Shown: piece by piece, positions 60,858 through 64,000 of the stretch
Layout of the letters: every line of letters starts with the position of its first letter
Numbering within the stretch: position 1 is the stretch's first letter
Assembly (NCBI RefSeq): GCF_964188315.1
Contig: NC_135657.1
Location: forward strand, 70,990,001 to 71,054,000
Length of the DNA: 64,000 bases
DNA from: Podarcis muralis
Lineage: Eukaryota
Reading direction: 5' to 3'
Position numbers and translations under genes: made by a program
Notes under the pieces: generated by a model
What the model was told of the DNA's origin: nothing
Database searches by the model: none
What the model saw: only the letters and a program-made list of their open reading frames with translations

Positions 60858-61706
60858 CTGAGGGGGAAACAAAAAATGAAACTGTCAGGTTTTTCTGATG
60901 GTCACACAGATAAATCTATTCACTTCCACTGGTTCCTCCATTATTCACTGGTGCCAGAGCACATACATCCAAGGTCCTGTCACCAGAATTTCTGCTTGAA
61001 CATTTCTGGTATGATGCATAGGACAGCCTAAACCTCCAAAATGATCCTTAGTACCTTCCACCAATCAGGATCAACTAGAACAGGGGTAGCCAATGCAATG
61101 CCCCCAGATGTTGCTGGACCACAACTCCCATCATGCCTAACCATTGGCTAGTGGCCATGCTGACAGGGCCTGATGGGAACTGCATTCAAACAGCAACTGG
61201 AGGGCGCCATTTTGGCTACTTCTAGGCTAGATGGATAATTTATTTGATTCAGTAGCCAGGTTTAATAATTTCTGCCAGGCAGGACCCAGCTCTAAAATGT
61301 ATCTTCTTAGGCTAGATGGTGAAATATTTAAATTTAAAAATATGCAAGAGAACTTTCTCCTTAACCATGGGATAAACACAGCTTGTGCCCATGGAGGATG
61401 TAAAAACTGCATTTCCAGGAAAGTGTGTGCCCTGGGTCCAGCAAAATAATTTGGAATATGAAAATTGGAGAACATGCTTAAACAGACTCATTGGATGGTA
61501 TCTGACTAAATCATAGTGACAACTAACTTAAGTCCACTAATTTCAATGGGTCTCCTTTCAGTATGACTTAGATATGACTGACAGTACTTATCTCTAGCAG
61601 AAAATGCCTGTAGCGCAGCACATATTTCAGCAAGAAAAACCTAAGTTATGCAGTTATTTTGGCCCACGAGATTTCAATCACTGGAAAAGAAAAACAATTT
61701 ATGTAC

Positions 61707-61816
61707 CTCTGCATCAGTTTCTTGGTGATTTTCCATTAGCTTCTGTACAAATGATTCAACAATTTCTGGCCTTGTGACAGAGAAGATTTCTTGCATGCCA
61801 TGATGTTTCCAGAGCT
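61707..61816 (-). CDS. CCDC162: CCDC162 exon
   Basis: ELWKHHGMQEIFSVTRPEIVESFVQKLMENHQETDAE. Confidence 0.82.
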
Positions 61817-61904
61817 CTGAAACAACAAGTTTTTGTTTGGGTGTGTGTGTGTGTGTGTGTTTCTTCAATCTTCAGAGTAATAAAACATGGAAGCCTCAGT
61901 CTAC

Positions 61905-61974
61905 CTTGAATATGACTAGCACTGGGTATCTTGCGATGTGACAGGCTTTTTGATGGAGCGCAAGTCCTACTCTG
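61905..61974 (-). CDS. CCDC162: Tentative CCDC162 exon (needed to bridge phase 0 to phase 1)
   Basis: QSRTCAPSKSLSHRKIPSASHIQ-G|gtagac; the acceptor is weak and A-rich. Confidence 0.4.
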
Positions 61975-62105
61975 CTACTTTTTTTTTTAAATATAAAAAA
62001 CCCCAAATGTGCAGGAGCACAGAAGATCATAATTGCAGGCAGACAAAGGGTGCCTGAATGTGACTAATGATGTTATCATAATCATTATCATTATTATAGA
62101 CGTAC

Positions 62106-62140
62106 GTCATGCTCTTTAACAGAGCACAAGTCCCACTGTT
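62106..62140 (-). CDS. CCDC162: CCDC162 small exon
   Basis: Strong pyrimidine tract ...catacag|; EQWDLCSVKEHD|gtacgt. Confidence 0.6.
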
Positions 62141-62443
62141 CTGTATGGAAAAAGAAAACCTACAGGTGCAGCAAGAGTGATGTATCCCACATGCTGATAA
62201 AAGTGGAATGAGAAGACATGAAACAATGTCTGGAGGACACAGTGTTGGTTACCTCTGGCTTAAGACAACACAAATGTGGGCTGCTGGATATATGCAGAGG
62301 CCTCTTTACACTTGCTGTTTGAAGAAAGCATCTCCAAGTGACCAGCTTTAGTGCTTTTTAATGTGGCAACTTTCTCCATGACTCCTTAGTTGCAGCGCTT
62401 TGAAGAAAGTATTATGTGGGTCATGGCTAACCACCAAAGACAG

Positions 62444-62564
62444 TGTATCTGAAGAAGTGTGCATGCACACGAAAGCTCATACCAAGAACTAACTTAGTTG
62501 GTCTTTAAGGTGCTACTGGAAGGAATTTTTTGACTATGGCAGACCAACACGGCTACCTATCTGT
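62444..62564 (+). mobile_element. Penelope-like element solo terminal repeat
   Basis: 12-bp TSD CACCAAAGACAG (62432-62443, 62565-62576); shares sequence with the 45223-45357 copy. Confidence 0.82.
62445..62482 (+). ncRNA. Minimal type I hammerhead ribozyme motif
   Basis: GTAT-CTGAAGA-A-GTGTGCATGCACAC-GAAA-GCTC-ATAC: both core boxes, hairpin II, palindromic AGCT helix III, 4-bp helix I. Confidence 0.7.
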
Positions 62565-62723
62565 CACCAAAGACAGATGATATATGGAGAAATTCAGGGT
62601 GGTGCTGACATAGTGACTGTGGTATGTACACAAGCAACTACTGGGTGTTGTTTCTCACTCCCCCCCCCCCTGTCAAAACAGAACTCGGATTAGAAGCTAG
62701 ATGCAAGATGGTTCAGTCGTTAC

Positions 62724-62844
62724 CTGTAGAGAGGTTTCTTTCTTCTCTTGTTTTTTCAGATATAACCAGCGTTATTTCTTTGTTAACTTTCTTTTGTACA
62801 TCACGGATCATATGTATTTCTAGACTTTCCAAGAGTTTTTGCAG
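62724..62844 (-). CDS. CCDC162: CCDC162 exon
   Basis: LQKLLESLEIHMIRDVQKKVNKEITLVISEKTREERNLST; ctag| ... g|gtaac. Confidence 0.8.
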
Positions 62845-63304
62845 CTAGGATAAAAAAGCAGAAAAAACTAGCTTGCTTTTAACTATATCTTCATTTAACC
62901 ATTCAGAAGCCATGTTTCTTCAGAAAGTATATAGTCACTTTAGACTTCCTAAAATGAAAAAGTAAAGGCCAAACTCTAAATGAGGCAGCAGCAGCTTTAA
63001 TCATTTTTAAGGCCTACAATCTTTAATTGATCAATGGGTTAAAATTTTAAATCAATCACTTTAATATATTTTAAAATGGGATCTGAATTAAATAGACAAC
63101 ACATATTTTAAAGTGTATTGTTTTTAAAATGATAGTACTTATGAGACTGAAGGTCTGTCTTGGAAGAGGCAGTCTCCCTGTGCTCTCAAGTAATAGGAAA
63201 GCGCACATCTACAGTGGTACAACATTTGCATGCACTATATTAAAACAGTATGCTTTTTCTTCAAAACAATGACTTATTTATGTGTATTTAATTGAATACA
63301 CAGC

Positions 63305-63660
63305 GCGGGTGGCGCTGTGGGTAAAACCTCAGCGCCTAGGACTTGCCGATCGTATGGTCGGCGGTTTGAATCCCCGCGGCGGGGTGAGCTCCCGTCGTTC
63401 GGTCCCAGCTACTGCCCACCTAGCAGTTCGAAAGCACGTCAAAGTGCAAGTAGATAAATAGGTACCGCTTTATAGCGGGAAGGTAAACGGCGTTTCCGTG
63501 TGCTGTGCTGGTGCCGGCTCACCAGAGCAGCTTCGTCACGTGACCTGGAAGTGTCTCCGGACAGCGCTAGCCCCCGGCCTCTTAAGTGAGATGGGCGCAC
63601 AACCCTAGAGTCGGACACGACTGGCCCGTACGGGCAGGGGTACCTTTACCTTTACCTTTA
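63305..63660 (+). mobile_element. Sauria SINE, near full length and CpG-rich (young)
   Basis: cgcgggtggcgctgtgg head, aagtgcaagtagataaataggtacc core, gagtcggacacgact Bov-B-like 3' part, (ACCTTT)n tail. Confidence 0.93.
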
Positions 63661-63842
63661 ATTGATTAAACTATGAAAATTAATTTGATTAATTGCCTAA
63701 GATTTCTTTAATCAAGTGACAGCCTGACAGCTTTAAAAAATCATAACCCTAGCAAAAGTACATTTTTATACAAACGATATTTTGATAGTTATTGTCAGAG
63801 CATCAGGAGCAATGCCAGAGGTACTGTGAGCTGAGGACTGAC

Positions 63843-63917
63843 CTGTCAAAAGGGTTCTCAGGCCTTTTGACTTGATGAATGTATTAAGGGCTTTATAAAC
63901 TTTCTGTTTTTTTGCTG
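63843..63917 (-). CDS. Candidate upstream CCDC162 exon
   Basis: Pyrimidine tract then aag|; 75-nt open frame AKKQKVYKALNTFIKSKGLRTLLT; donor ag|gtcagt. I could not link its phase to the next exon. Confidence 0.35.
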
Positions 63918-64000
63918 CTTGGCGGGGACAGGAAAAACAGGACAGTTATCAAGCCCCAAGCAAGTCACCAAACATTTCAGCTCAGAGGCAGAGTCACTGC

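Larger units (their letters stand above)
54520..62844 (-). other. CCDC162: Gene model (partial): coiled-coil domain-containing protein 162
   Basis: Minus-strand in-phase exons: 62844-62724, 62140-62106, [61974-61905 tentative], 61816-61707, 60857-60708, 60570-60517, 60386-60219, 59694-59542, 58101-57970, 56654-56502, 55289-55080, 54640-54520. Peptides (LGCDVMARERSNFETYSM, VAELSHEMIME, QERSLKLDAFQR) match my recollection of mouse Ccdc162; tail-to-tail with CD164 as in mammals. Terminal exon unresolved. Confidence 0.85.

Noticed and set aside
63305-63385. tRNA-like A/B boxes as a tRNA gene
   Set aside because: This is the head of a Sauria SINE; no full cloverleaf, and it continues into the SINE body and tail.

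Overview
Eukaryotic vertebrate DNA from a squamate reptile, probably a lacertid lizard, judged from Sauria SINE, Bov-B and lizard-type MITE and Penelope repeats. The window is syntenic with human 6q21. On the + strand it holds the last 8 coding exons of AK9, then complete ZBTB24 (6 coding exons, 735 aa), PPIL6 (8 exons, 300 aa) and CD164/endolyn (6 exons, 198 aa). On the - strand it holds a run of in-frame coiled-coil exons of CCDC162, whose 3' terminal exon I could not resolve. I built all gene models by hand from GT-AG boundaries, phase continuity and recalled protein similarity; no database was searched. MICAL1 and SMPD2, which lie between ZBTB24 and PPIL6 in human, are absent. Introns carry many TEs: Tc1/mariner (Tigger-like) and hAT MITEs, Sauria and tRNA-derived SINEs, RTE/Bov-B/L2/CR1 LINE fragments, and two short Penelope-like insertions with 12-bp TSDs. 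The best leads are a minimal hammerhead ribozyme motif in one Penelope insertion, two perfect CLEAR palindromes in the CD164 promoter, miR-124/miR-219 8mer sites in the CD164 3'UTR, a (TTC)21 tract beside a weak PPIL6 donor that would encode a poly-Leu tail on read-through, and a perfect 30-bp-stem hairpin in a CCDC162 intron. No CRISPR array, rRNA or true tRNA gene was seen.
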